The notes: generated by a model from the letters alone, not told the origin. DNA of 64,000 nt from Vitrella brassicaformis CCMP3155 (GCA_001179505.1 CDMY01000359.1:37864-101863), one strand, 5' to 3'; shown: positions 12,755 to 25,500, counted from the stretch's first letter. Numbers and translations are program-made.

Positions 12755-13936
12755 TTATCGGCCATGATTTGTCTGTCTGGCCTCTTGCCTACCTGCTATC
12801 TCCCTGCTCTCCTCAATGCTCTCCTCAGTGCCCTGTCCGCCCCCAGCCGCAGCCGCCCGACCGATCTCGCGCAGCTTGCTGATGGTGTCCTCAACCGACG
12901 CACTCAGCTCCAGGCTATGGCCACCAGCAGACGCGCCCGCCAGTCCGCTCAGCCGTGCGTCCCTCTCCGGCAGCGGCCTCGATGGCGGCACTGGTGAGAG
13001 GATGGGCCGGTTGTCGTACCAGTGCTGCCGTGGGGAGGGCAGCTGCGAGTCGGTCATGGGCGTTGTCTGGCTCGGAGGGGTCAACTCAGAATGAAAATCA
13101 GAATCCTGACCGACCAACACGGACACAGGAGATGTCTGTCTGTCTGTCTGTCAACACACCCATTCGCGCACCTCCCCACCGTCGTCAGATCGGTGATCCA
13201 GGCCGCTACGCCAGTCGGCGGCCCCTCACCCGCCCCTGCCAGCAGCCCGTGGAGGCCGTCGTCCACCACATCCCGCTGGTATGAAACAGAAGATGCTTCC
13301 AACGCCGGTTGCTCTTGCTCCTTCCACTCTCGTCTCACCTCGAGCTGTTTGAGGTCATGTTTGATCTTTCGACGCTCTCTGTCCATCTCTTGTTGGGCTT
13401 CCTCGTACTCGTTCATGGCTGCCCTCTCCCTCATGGAAAGCTGGTGCACCTTCTCTGCCAGCTCAGCATCGTCGATCGCCCCCCTCTTGTGGTCCTCGAA
13501 GGCCTTTTCTATTCGATGGCGTAAGGGGCGCATCTCGGCGGCGTACTTGGCCTCGCTGTACCGCTGGTGCTCTTCAAGGTATTCCATGGTCGCGATGGCG
13601 TGAAGGTGGCACTTCTGAACGTTTGACGACGGAAAGGCATCGTCATCGTCGTCCTCAAAATGACTGCGGAGAGAGAGAGATAGATACACACATGAAGACA
13701 GGAACAATAGCTGTCTTGTATGGTTGGTGCCTCTCGTTTCTTGCGTTTCTTTCTCTAGTTCGTGACTCAGTCGTGACTCAGTCTGCATCGCCGTCCTCGG
13801 CTCTGTCGTAGTCGTTGAGCGACACCGACAAGTGGACGTCGCTCTCGCACAAAGCCAGCTTGTATGCAGCTGAGCCAAACAGCGGGGCGTTGGTCTCAAG
13901 GAGCTGGTGCACGGCTTTTCAAAGCCGCCGCGTCAT
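12755..13936 (-). pseudogene. Degenerate nucleotidyltransferase paralogue followed by coiled-coil/low-complexity exons
   Basis: MTRRL*KAVHQLLETNAPLFGSAAYKLALCESDVHLS: TGA at 13921-13919 where the intact copy has CGA, and DVD changed to DVH; downstream exon MEYLEEHQRYSEAK..EQEQP is charged and helical. Confidence 0.6.
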
Positions 13937-14386
13937 GGCGACCAACGGATACAGAGCAGGCGAATGTCAACACAGCCGGCAGATATAAAAAGTAGGCAGC
14001 GATCCTGTTGGGAGAGGTGCGGAGGGAGGAGGAAGCATGGTGGGCGACTCTGATCATTAGACATGCAGAAAACGTTTGTGAAGAGATTTGTATCTGCAGA
14101 TGTTGTAATCGGACGTACTTGATCATGCGATACTTTGGCGCAGCGCTGCGGGGCGGGGAAGGGAAGGAGACGAGGGGACGGCTCGTGTGAGGGTTATCGG
14201 CCATGATTTGTCTGTCTGGCCTCTTGCCTACCTGCTATCTCCCTGCTCTCCTCAATGCTCTCCTCAGTGCCCTGTCCGCCCCCAGCCGCAGCCGCCCGAC
14301 CGATCTCGCGCAGCTTGCTGATGGTGTCCTCAACCGACGCACTCAGCTCCAGGCTATGGCCACCAGCAGACGCGCCCGCCAGTCCG

Positions 14387-14686
14387 NNNNNNNNNNNNNN
14401 NNNNNNNNNNNNNNNNNNNNNNNNNNNNNNNNNNNNNNNNNNNNNNNNNNNNNNNNNNNNNNNNNNNNNNNNNNNNNNNNNNNNNNNNNNNNNNNNNNNN
14501 NNNNNNNNNNNNNNNNNNNNNNNNNNNNNNNNNNNNNNNNNNNNNNNNNNNNNNNNNNNNNNNNNNNNNNNNNNNNNNNNNNNNNNNNNNNNNNNNNNNN
14601 NNNNNNNNNNNNNNNNNNNNNNNNNNNNNNNNNNNNNNNNNNNNNNNNNNNNNNNNNNNNNNNNNNNNNNNNNNNNNNNNNNNNNN
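14387..14686. other. Assembly gap (300 N)
   Basis: Run of N. Confidence 1.
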
Positions 14687-14999
14687 CATCGCCGTCCTCG
14701 GCTCTGTCGTAGTCGTTGAGCGACACCGACAAGTGGACGTCGCTCTCGCACAAAGCCAGCTTGTATGCAGCTGAGCCAAACAGCGGGGCGTTGGTCTCAA
14801 GGAGCTGGTGCACGGCTTTTCAAAGCCGCCGCGTCATGGCGACCAACGGATACAGAGCAGGCGAATGTCAACACAGCCGGCAGATATAAAAAGTAGGCAG
14901 CGATCCTGTTGGGAGAGGTGCGGAGGGAGGAGGAAGCATGGTGGGCGACTCTGATCATTAGACATGCAGAAAACGTTTGTGAAGAGATTTGTATCTGCA

Positions 15000-17900
15000 G
15001 ATGTTGTAATCGGACGTACTTGATCTTTTCTTGGGCGGCTTTGGCCGCTTGACTGTCGGGGGTGGGCCAAATGTCCCGTCAATGGGACGGCGGGGCAGGC
15101 CGACGAGGAACGTTAGGCGCCATCATGGGAGCGGGGTCTCGCCGTCCAGCATCTTTCGCTTGGACGGTAGCTGCTTCTTGGCTGAGAGACACACATAAGC
15201 AGACAGTGAATGACTCATGGCCAGACGCAACGCTGCCTGCACGCATCCTCTTAGAATACCGGGCGTCTTCTCGGGCACCGGTGGCAGAATGGGCTTCTTG
15301 TCCCGAGAAGCCACCCTGAAGCGGCTCCCTGTCGCCTGGTGGAGGTGCTTGTTGCGTGCTTTCTCACGCAGGCGCTCCTGGAACGTCTTGCCCTTGGCCG
15401 CAAACTGAAAGCGCACCAGGACACCATCGAAAGTCAAAAGCTTTCAACATAACGGTGGCGTTGACGGTGCAGCTCACCTCCTGCATGAACTGGCCCACTC
15501 TCCTAGTCACCTCGAGCATCTCCGCCAGCAGCCTCTCATCGGGGTCCTCGAGCACCAGGGCGCCGCTGGAGTTGCTGCGTCGGGGCAGCAGACGTGCGGG
15601 CAGCGTTCGGCAGCCCTCTGTTGCCGCCGGCTGGTGCTCCTCCTCGCTCGCCGTCTCCTCCTCTCCCTCGCCGGCCGTCTCCCCTTCCTCGGGCTCCTCC
15701 TTGATGACCTCCTCGTCAAGGTCAAATTGGTCGCGCATGTCGACTTCGACAACGGCCTCTGAGTCGCTCATCATGTTGGCGCTCCTTGTCAAGCGCTTTC
15801 TCTGATCCCCAGAAATGCAGAAAACGGTTGCGAAGATATTTGTATCTGCAGATGTTGTAATCGGACGTACTGGATCTCTTCTTGGGAGGATTTGGGCGTG
15901 GGCCAAACGTCCTGTCAATGGGGCGGCGGGGGATGCCGACGAGGAAGGGTGGGCGCCATCCTGGGAGCGGGGTCTTACCGTCCAGCATCTTCTGCTTTGA
16001 CGGTATCTGCTTCTTCGCTGAGAGACACACATAAGCAGACAGTGAATGTGTGATGGCCAGAGACACCGCAGCGGTCTGCACCCATTCTCTCGGCATACCT
16101 CCGAAATCTTGCTTCCTCCCCGAATTTGTGCACATATTCTGCGCCTACATAAGCCGCCGCACATTCTTGTGATTTTGTTGATCGTCTCGCCTCCCCGGCC
16201 GAGTATCAGCCCCCTCTCGGTCTGATGCAGGAATGAAAGCGCCACACACACATGCGTGGACGTATATCTCAGCCATGAGTGTGTATTTGCTCATCACTGG
16301 CGAGTTCATCTCGAATTTCTCGCGGATGAGCTTGCCGGGCCTTGGCGGGTTTGCCGGCAGATGGCCGATGACTTCATCGATGCTCTGGCCCGCCGCCAGG
16401 GACTTGAGGGTGCGATCGAACTCGTGCATCATCCGGGCGCGCATCTGAACAGGAGCATCAGAGGCAGAGACATGTGTGTGTGCATGCATCTGCGGCTCCA
16501 TGCAATCGTCTGTATACCTGCGGCTTCACCGTGTACATGCTGTCGGTCTCTATCGGGTCCTCGACCCACATGTCCTGAAGAGGCAGGGGAACTTCTCGCG
16601 TCAAAGCAAGCCTTTTGTCCATTCATTTTGTTGCTGGGTACCTCGGGGTGGTCAGCATAGTCCGTCTCCCTATCGTCGGCCCTCTGTGATGTCTGCAGGC
16701 GCACATGCCACATGCCGTGATGTGGTATCCCCTCTCTCCTTCTCATGTTACTTACGGTGGCGCTGTCTGTGTTGATGTATTTTCTCTGTCGTCGGTGTCG
16801 CTGCAGGTATTCTGCTTTGGTGACGACGTCGGGGGCCAGGCGGATGGCGACGACGTATTTGCGGACATCGAGCTGCTCCTTGTAGAAACTAAACAAGATA
16901 GAATCAAAGGAGAGAAGGTACACAAGCAGGGTTTTTGGCTGTGTCTCCATCCCTCCCTCCCTGTCTATCTCCCTGTGTGTGCGTATATATGAGGCCTACT
17001 CACCTGAAAAACTCATACAAGAGCTGGGGCAGCTCGAGATTCGCGCCGTTGGCGGCGTAGGGGTTTACCCGTCGCCTGTCACACACACACATAAAAGAGC
17101 TCGATAAGTATCTCAGGGAATCTCCTGTCTGCGGCTCAATTCACCTGAAGTTCCTTCTTCTCTCCAGCTCCTGTCTCGCCTCCTTGGGTGGAGGGAATTG
17201 GGGCTGCCGCTCATCATTCGCTCTCCCTGATCACACACATGACACAATTGTGACGAGAATGGCCCTGCAGATCTCGTCATCGGACACACTGGAGCTCTTT
17301 TCGTAGGGGCTTGAAGGTGGGAGGCGGGCCAAATGTTCCGTCCAGGGGGCGGCGGGCGACACCCACTAGGAACGGCTTCGGGGCAGGTGGCCTCGCTCCC
17401 GGCAGCAGCGTCCCGTCCAGCATCGCCTTCCTTGCGGGCACGGGCTTCTCGGCTGAGAGAGACGCAGAGACAGGCACACGGCTTGTCTTTCGAGGTATCC
17501 TCTCAGCGCACCTCTTGTCTGCTCCGGCACCGACGGCAGCTTGGGCTTGGGCTTGCTGTAGCCGCTGCCGGCGACCTTCCTTAGGTGTCGGTGCTCACTC
17601 TCCCGCAGCCGCTCCTGGAACGTCTTTGACTTGTTTTTGAACTGAGAAGCCAACCAGGATACCATTCGAAAGTTGAGAGCTTCCAATCGAATGGCGCATT
17701 GTGGGTGCAGCTGACCTGCTGCCTGAGCCGCTCGCGCCGTTGGTTTGTTGCAGCGATCTCCCTCAAGGCCCGCTGGAATGGCGTCTCCTGGCAGTCGGCC
17801 CCCTCCTCTCCCTCGTCTGCCGCCTCCTCGGCAACGAGCTCGACAGCCGACGCCATCTCCTCGGCAACGTCGACAGCCGTGTCCTCCGCCGCCGTCTCCC

Positions 17901-18340
17901 CGACCACCCCTCCTGTCCCTCGGCTGCCGTCTCCTTGACGGTCTCCTCCTCTTCCTCGGCAGCTGTGTCGTCAGAGGGCTGAGCCCCTTAAGCTTCTTTC
18001 AGGGTCTCTTCGTCGAGGTCGAACTCGTCGCGCAGGTCGAGGGCCTCCGAGTCGCTCGTTTCAATCTCGTGGGTCCTGGGGCTTCCATGGATCCAAGCCG
18101 CGCACATCCCAGCCAAGGGATGGAGCTGTTGCGGAGGACCGTGCAGCTGGCGTGCAGCCGCCTTCTCGGGCACCAGCTCGTCATGGGCGAGAGAGGCCAG
18201 ACTGTCCTGCGCCGTTGCCGACGCTTCCTCTGCCGCGTCCTTCGCTGCGTGCCGCTGCTCCCAGCGGCACTGTCGGCATGGTGCTATGGGCATGGTGCGT
18301 CGCATCGTTTGCCTGCCGGAGGACTACCCTCCGACTAAGT
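15000..18340 (-). pseudogene. Paralogous acidic/Pro-rich exon blocks plus PAP-associated-domain-like exons; at least partly pseudogenised
   Basis: SDS..LRD.FD.DEE and KTFQERLRE exons recur at 10.0-10.7, 15.3-15.8 and 17.5-18.1 kb; exons at ~17075-17003 and ~16890-16790 read RRVNPYAANGANLELPQLLYEFF/LYKEQLDVRKYVVAIRLAPDVVTKAEYL (Cid1 PAP-assoc-like); TAA at 17990-17988 and a 1-bp deletion near 17910 relative to the 10.55-kb copy. Confidence 0.5.
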
Positions 18341-19161
18341 CCTTCGCGCTCCTCCGCATTCTGCGAAGGACCGAGGAGGAGAAAGTGGAAACCACGAGCC
18401 TTGAAGAACGTCGGAATCGAAAGAGGTATAAAGGGGCCTTTTCGCGTTTTGTTAGCCTCAGTCTTTTTGGGCCCGTCTCCCCGTCTCCGGTCGAGAATCG
18501 CTTTTTGTGGACGCTACTGCTGCTGCTGTGTCACTCGGCCATCGGCCACCCAACGTCCTCAAATGTCCTCACCCTCGATGAATGCACCACGACAACAGAC
18601 GGTACAACAGACAGACAACAGCCGACGGACAGACTCTGCTCATGAGGCAAGAATGTCACTATGGTGCCGCCTTCCACCAGCAGGGGAGGGATGTGAGGTG
18701 GGGAGGAGGAGGGAACGACCACGTGGTGTCCCTTCCGAGCGCGTCATGGCACTGATTTTGCAGTGTTTCTTTTCTCTCTGTCCAGCAATCGTGAACATTG
18801 AAGAAACTTTAAGGTCCACTTGCAATGAAACGAAAAAGGACGACAGCAATCTCCCCTGTCTTCTCACCCACACACACGCCATCCGTCACCTACTGGCAGT
18901 CGTCGCGGTCCTAATGAGGCTGCCGAGCTGCATCAGCCGCCAGAGGAGCAAGTGAAGAAAGACAGTGAACATGGGGAACGTCCTTGGAAGAAGGATGCAG
19001 GTGAGGAGCGGAAAATGAGAGGGGCGACATGGGCGAGTGCGAGAAGATGGAGACGGACAGGGGAATCCGCGAACGGTGCCAAAACTGTGGGGAGACATAT
19101 ATGCCAGCCAGGCAGCGATGATGTGCATGCTCGAGCTCCTTCTACATGGGCTGTTGGCTGC

Positions 19162-19686
19162 TTACGTAAAGTAGTGGTTTATCTCCGCTCTGACCAGCTG
19201 CTGTGCTCGCGCAGAAGGGGCCTGCATTCCCCACAAGGACACGCAGCATTTGCGGTCCATGGTATGTCCTGCCGCCTCTCTTTCAATCCGCACCTGCTGT
19301 TTGAACCGAGAGCGCTGCCCCACTGGCGGCAGGGGGTCTCGCCCACTGTCACTTGACCTTCTTGACTCGTTTTCATGTCCACCGCTCGAAGGCAGACGGT
19401 CGCTTTGTCGCCTTGCTTCCCATCTCCGATAGTAGGCCTCATCATACACTTGGCCGTAAGAGGGCCGTCTGGCGTTGTGGAAGAACCACACGCTGTCGTG
19501 CTCTCCTTGATAGTCGACCCCTGGCAAGCGCAGGAGGGGCAGGGGGCCTCTCTCGTGGTCTCGATGGTAGAAGACTTCATATACTCTGTCGGGCGCGAGT
19601 GGCGTGGGGGAGTGGCTGAAGTACCACGACGCGTCATACTCGCCAGCGAAATCGATGTCACGCACACTGTGCTGACGGGGGGGCAT
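19162..19686 (-). CDS. Hypothetical protein or exon with an internal ~38-aa tandem repeat
   Basis: MPPRQH..DFAGEYDASWYFSHSPTPLAPDRVYEVFYHR / DYQGEHDSVWFFHNARRPSYGQVYDEAYYR within ORF 19162-19842. Confidence 0.4.
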   Translation of the reverse strand: MPPRQHSVRDIDFAGEYDASWYFSHSPTPLAPDRVYEVFYHRDHERGPLPLLRLPGVDYQGEHDSVWFFHNARRPSYGQVYDEAYYRRWEARRQSDRLPSSGGHENESRRSSDSGRDPLPPVGQRSRFKQQVRIEREAAGHTMDRKCCVSLWGMQAPSARAQQLVRAEINHYFT

Positions 19687-19862
19687 CACCAGGACACCAA
19701 CGATAAGGCGCAAACGCGAAAGACACGAGATTCTCCAGCCTGATTTCTGAGATCGAAGACGAAATGTGATCGCGCGGGACGCATCATTCATTGCGAGGGT
19801 TTTTCTTAGCAAGCCCCACCTCTTTGTCTGCCTGCTCTTCAATCGGGGACGCCGGCAGCATC

Positions 19863-20185
19863 ATGACGAAAGAGGTCAGCAATACTCAGGAGCAGCCCCG
19901 CGGCAGCGGTTGGAACAGCAAGGGCAACAAATGGACGGACCTCGGCAGTGGTGCCTACCACTATTCGAACTATGACGGCGGCGCGAACAAGTAAGGGGGA
20001 CCCACGGATCTCTCTACTTCCAAACGACCGTTTTTTGCCTGCACGTGTTCAGTTCGTTCTACTACAAACACCAGGACGGCTCGTCTTACTACGGCAAAGT
20101 GGTGGAGGGGAAGCATGTGAGCGGAGTGTACACGTCGCCGAAGGGAGTGCGCAAGACATACGGCCCCTACAGCCGCCAGAAGTGA
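19863..20185 (+). CDS. 86-aa Tyr/Gly/Ser/Asn-rich small protein, two exons
   Basis: Exons 19863-19990 and 20053-20185, intron GTAAG..TTCAG; 261 nt = MTKEV..NSKGNKWTDLGSGAYHYSNYDGGANNSFYYKHQDGSSYYGKV..YSRQK*. Confidence 0.75.
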
Positions 20186-22576
20186 GAGCTGGGGAGAGAG
20201 ACCAAAGAGGGGGTTGCACGTGGAAAGACACTGCGTACTGCGCAAGACACATGACAGACTCTGGCTCGTTAGCAATGAACCGCATTGCAAGCTGTTGTTT
20301 GGTGGGTGGCTTTGGCTCACACGTAGAGATGCCCTAACGCATAAAGAGAATGGCCGCCAGTAATCACCACCATAATCATGATACAAAACGCATGAATGAG
20401 AGTGAGTCAATGCAGAGGTCAATTTTCGCCCACACCGGGCGAACTAGTCGTCACACACACGCAGGCAGACAGGCAGGCAGGCAGGCAGAGGGAGGGAGGG
20501 AGGGAGGGAGAAGGCCCCCATGCACACACACATACAGAGCATAGAACAACACAACACAACACCTCTCACACATTCGCTGCCATTCGCCCATCCATCCATC
20601 CATCCATGATGATCCATCCATATTTCCTGTCTGTCTGTCTGTCTGTCACGTTTCTGACATTACAAGAGTCCATCCACGTGCTGTCGATGGTTGCAATGCC
20701 ACGCGAGGACAGATACATACACACCTCTGTCTGTCTGTCTGTCTGTCTAACTGTGAATGGCAGCAGGTGAGTGCCGTCATGGTCAGCGACGCAGGCTGCC
20801 CATCCATCCCTTCTGTCTCTGCCCGCTCATGTGCCGCTTGTGTCACGCTCGTGTGCCTTCGCAACTCAGTAGTGCGACCAGCCAGCCAGCCACATCTCTT
20901 ATCGGTATCACTGACCTGTCCGAGCTCAAAGGCCTCGAGCACTCACGCAGTGACGACACACGGTTGCGCGACAGCGATTCTACCAACACACACACACACA
21001 AATCCCCCGCGCGCGAATTACAATTAGCCAGCCATCCATCCACCCATGGATGCGTTGGGAAGCCAAGTGAGTGAATGAGTGTAGTGGTCACACGTTACTA
21101 ACCGACTGGCACGCACGGAAAGCCACGCCGCCCTTCGTCACCACCCCTACCAACACACAACAGCAACACAGATCACCCCCCTCCCTCCCTCCCTCCCCCC
21201 TGTCCCTTATCGTGGATAAAAAAGGCGCATGGCATGGATGGCATGGATGGCAGGAAGTATCGCGATGGAGGTTGGTGCGGTGCGATGGTGCAAATGCTGT
21301 ATGTAGGCACATACATACACAAACATGCATAGATGCATCCACCCCATGTACCTATCTCTGAGCAATGGGTGACGTCAAGCGAGCGCCTTTTGGCGGCTCC
21401 GTCCGTCCATTCCATCTACGCTTTCCTGGCCCATCCGACTTCCTGCATACATCCTGTGCAGCTGAGTGAGGCCCGTTTGCCGCGACTGGCTGACCGTGTC
21501 CGTGTATCTGTGTGTGTGTGTGTGTATATTGTGAGTGTGTGAAAATCATTGGTTCAAAAATCACAAGCCCTACAGTATCGTCCCTAGCGCCGTCCCCCAC
21601 TCACCCCCCCAGTGTCCGTCGTCTGTCTCAAATAGTTTGTGTGGAAAGCAAGTGTGCCGTGTGCAGTGCAAAGGGAAAAAAGACCCATGGCAATGGTATG
21701 TTGTGTGTGTCTGTGTATGTCTGTGCTTCAGTCTGTCTGCCGGTAGGTATAAAGAAATACACACGAAACAAAAAAGACCACACACACACGGCGCGGAGAC
21801 GGGCAGAGCAGGCGGGCATGGCATATACATACATGTGTATAGAGTATGGAGTATAGAGAATTGCCGGTCGGCCGCCTCGTACCCACCTTCCTACCAACAG
21901 TCTACGATGGTACGCAAGCAATCGTACGCAAGCGATAGTAATCAGACAGTAATCAGACAGTCGGCCGATTCGATAAGGGGAGAAAACCTGAGGGTCAGCT
22001 TGTCGTCACCATGGTCAGTCAGTCTTTCTCAGGCACGCAGATAGGTAAAACAGATACTGCAATCACGTGTCTCGGTCGGTCGTCGATTCGGGGGTGTGTC
22101 GCTACGCGTTTGCGAGGGCTGAAGAGGAGGACACGGAGCATATGGGCTGCATTGAAGGCATGCTGCCCACACGCTCCAACTCCTCATCGTCACCCTCCAC
22201 AGACACGCAGCGGCCGCCCACACCCGCCAGCCAGCACTAATTCAGGCAGATTGATTGCTGTGTGTCCATGCAGCCCAAAATCAACACAGGTACCGCTTCC
22301 TCTCTCCTTGTCTGTCACACACACATAGATCACATCACTAGAGGCAACGCCGCACGCACATTCAGACAGTCGAATACGATACGATACGAGAAGACTTTAT
22401 CCATCTACGCCACCCCACGTCCGTCCAGACGTCATGCATACCACACCATCCATCCCCTCCGCTCGCCTTCGTACCTACGACAAACTTACACACCACCACA
22501 TCACAGACATACATCCGTGGATCAAGCGGCCAGCGATACAACGAACACCTGCAGGAAGGCAGGCCGGCCGGCCGCC

Positions 22577-25500
22577 TCAACCGCCCCTGCAGAACCGGTT
22601 CCTGGCTGTCCTGTCGCCCTCATCCCCCTCCACCTGCAAATATCGCTCCAGCCCCTGCCGCAAATACTCGCTCCTGCCAGTCATGTCAGCTCGATCCCTC
22701 GCTGTCTCGGGGGCCTCCTCCGGGGCACGCTGGAGGGCGTAATACGTGTTGCACGAGTACGTGTGTGGGGGCCGGTGGGTGTGTGCGGGCCTGGGGGTCG
22801 GTGTGGTCTCCTGCGTGATGGTGTGGGTGTGGGTGTTGGTGTGGGTGTTGGCTCGCTGCTGCTGTCTGTTGAATCGTCTGAATGAGAGTGGGCTGACGGT
22901 GGCAGCGAAGAGGGCGGGAATGGGCGAGGTGGGCGGGTTGGGCGTGGTGCGGGAGCGCATGAGGATGGAGGACATCGACCATCGTCGAGTGCTGCCGCCG
23001 GGGGAGTCAGTGGCTGACGCGCACCTGACAGACAGACAAACAACATAGGATGTCTGTCTTCTGGGCCGCTGGTGTGGTGTGGTGTGGTGTGAAGTGTGTA
23101 CCTCTTGCGCATGCCCCATCTGAGTTTGAGCTTGGGCCCCTTCTTCCTCTTGCCGCCCTTGGCGGTGTTGACCACCACGTCCCCATCACACACCTTGCCC
23201 AGCGCCTGTGTGTCCACCGCCTTGTCCTTCATCGCTGCCGGAACCTTCTTGGCCGGCGTGGGCGGATCCTCCTGGTCAGAGTGATGCAACTGAATAAGAC
23301 AGACCAACACACGATGAGAGAGAGAGAGAGAGAGAACATGTCAACACACATGTGGATGGAGGGGGCGGAGGGATGGGTGTGTCTTCTCTCTCAACTCACC
23401 TCGTCCACAGGCGGCTCTTCGGGCACTGGGGGCGGTGAGGGCGACACCTCTCTCGGCGGAATGGCCATCGGCACGGGGTTGGGATGGCAAACAAAGGGGG
23501 ACCCGTCGGCAGACGCGGGCGGCAGCGCCACGGGCACCGGGCTCACACCCGGCACCACCACCTCATATGCCGTGACTGCCCGCCCGTCGTCTGTCTCCTT
23601 GTCCGTGTCGCACACACCACATGCGAACAGCGACCTTGGCTGGGAGCCCTTCTGGCTCTCGTCGTCCCCCGCCGCGCTTGGCTCGTCCGGCCATCTCTGG
23701 GAGAAGGGCAGGGGCGTCATGGACTGGACAGAGGAGGAGCCCGACACGGCCGACATGCACGACGGCAGCGTCACGAGCCCCCCGCCGTCCTGCCCGTCGC
23801 TCTCGAAGCACTCGCTGCCGCTGTGCAGGGGCGTCCCGAACGACACGCACGACGAGTCGCTGCCCGCCCCACCGCCGATGGCCATCCACTTGTCGTCGCT
23901 CATCACGCCCATCGGGGACTTCTTCAGCACTGTGGGGTCGCCCCCGTCGGCACGGTAGGCCACTGGTGGGAGGTAGGGTGCGATGGGGAGGGTCTGCTCG
24001 GGTGTGAGGGCCGTCATGACACAGGGGTCGGAGAACGCGCCGGTGGGGATGGGTGGGGGCGAAGGGGGCGGGGTCTGTGCTGCTGGGGGAGGGGAAAGGG
24101 GCCGGGGGATGGGGACTGTCGACGACGAGGCGAAGCCGTTGACACAGTTGTTGAGCGGCGAGTCTGTGGACTGGACGAAGGCGTCGATCTGCTCGAGGAA
24201 TCCCGCGGCGGCGTGCCTGCCGCTCCTGCTGTCGGGTGACCAGCTCCTCTCGATCAGGTCGTCGATGCAATCGATGTTCTCGACATCAAAGCTCAGGCCG
24301 TCGTCGCTCGTCTGGTTCTCGTCGTCCTGGTTGGTCCCGCAGCTCCCCGCGCCCTCACCCGCACTCGTCGAAGGCGACACCGACCTGTCGGCCCGCTCGC
24401 TGTCGTGCTGGTGGTAGTGGGGCTTGTCGGCCTCCCCCTTGTGTGTGGGTGTGGGCGGCTTGCTGCCGCTGTTGAACCACCCCGTCCAGCCCATCTGCAT
24501 GGCGGGGCCGAGGGAGAAAGAGGAGATGTTCTGGTTCTCGCTCTCGGTGTCGGCCTGCGTGTCGGTGTCGGGCTTGTCGTCGGCCAGGAGGGCGGGCTTG
24601 TCGTCACCCTCAGCGTCTTCCCCGTCAGGGTGCTTGTTGAGCGGTGTGGGTGGGAGGTGGAAGCACTCGGGCGGGATCTGGATGTCTTCAAACGCATAGT
24701 CCGGCAGCGGGAAGAACTGAGCTCAGGGCACCCATCCCATACACAGCACAGACAGCCGTGGAGTGGACACACACACTTGACGGACACGTGTGTACCTGCA
24801 GCATGGGCAGCACGAAGTAGTCGATGTTTTGGAGGAGGTTGCTGTTGTGGGTCATGTCCTTGGGCGTCACGAGCAGCTTCTTAGTGCCCGACGGGATGGC
24901 CGTGTAAAGACCCACCGCGTGTCGGTAGGGGATCAGCGTGTCCGACTGCCCGTGGATCAGCAACAGCGGCGCGCGGACCTGACACACACACACGCACACA
25001 CACACGCACACGGGGGTGGACACGTGTCTGTGAGTGTTGTTCTGTGGGTGTGACCTGGCTGGCTGACCTTCTGAATGTGTTTGTAGTTTGGGAATCGTTC
25101 CTTGATGAAGTTGGCGACGAATCCCACGTTGGACCGCACCACCTCCTTGATCGACAGGAAGGGCGACACCAGAATCACACCCGCCGCATCGCCGAACAGA
25201 GATCCCAGGTACACCGCTGGGCCAGTACCTGAGAAGTGAGACAAAAGAGAGAGAGAGGGGGAGGGAGGAAGGCGTGTACTGTGGCTGTCGTCGTGCCTAC
25301 CGATTGATCTGCCCATGATGAAGATGGAGTCCTCAGGCCACTCAATCACGTCACGCAGGTACTCAAACACAATCCGGCTGTGAGAGAAAAGCGACACACA
25401 CACACACACACCCCAAGACACAAGACACCAACGGAGAGAGGGATGCACACATGTTTTGGGTGTGGTGTGGGTCTTCCCTCCCTCCCTGCCCTGCCCTGCC

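Larger units (their letters stand above)
12685..15024. repeat. Tandem duplication of a 1,439-bp unit, second copy spanning a 300-N gap
   Basis: 12685-12947 = 14124-14386; 13786-14123 = 14687-15024; junction GATC|ATGCG lies in called sequence at ~14124. Confidence 0.85.

Noticed and set aside
20350-22500. Many short ORFs
   Set aside because: Dominated by (CA)n, (GTCT)n, (CATC)n; consistent with intergenic sequence.
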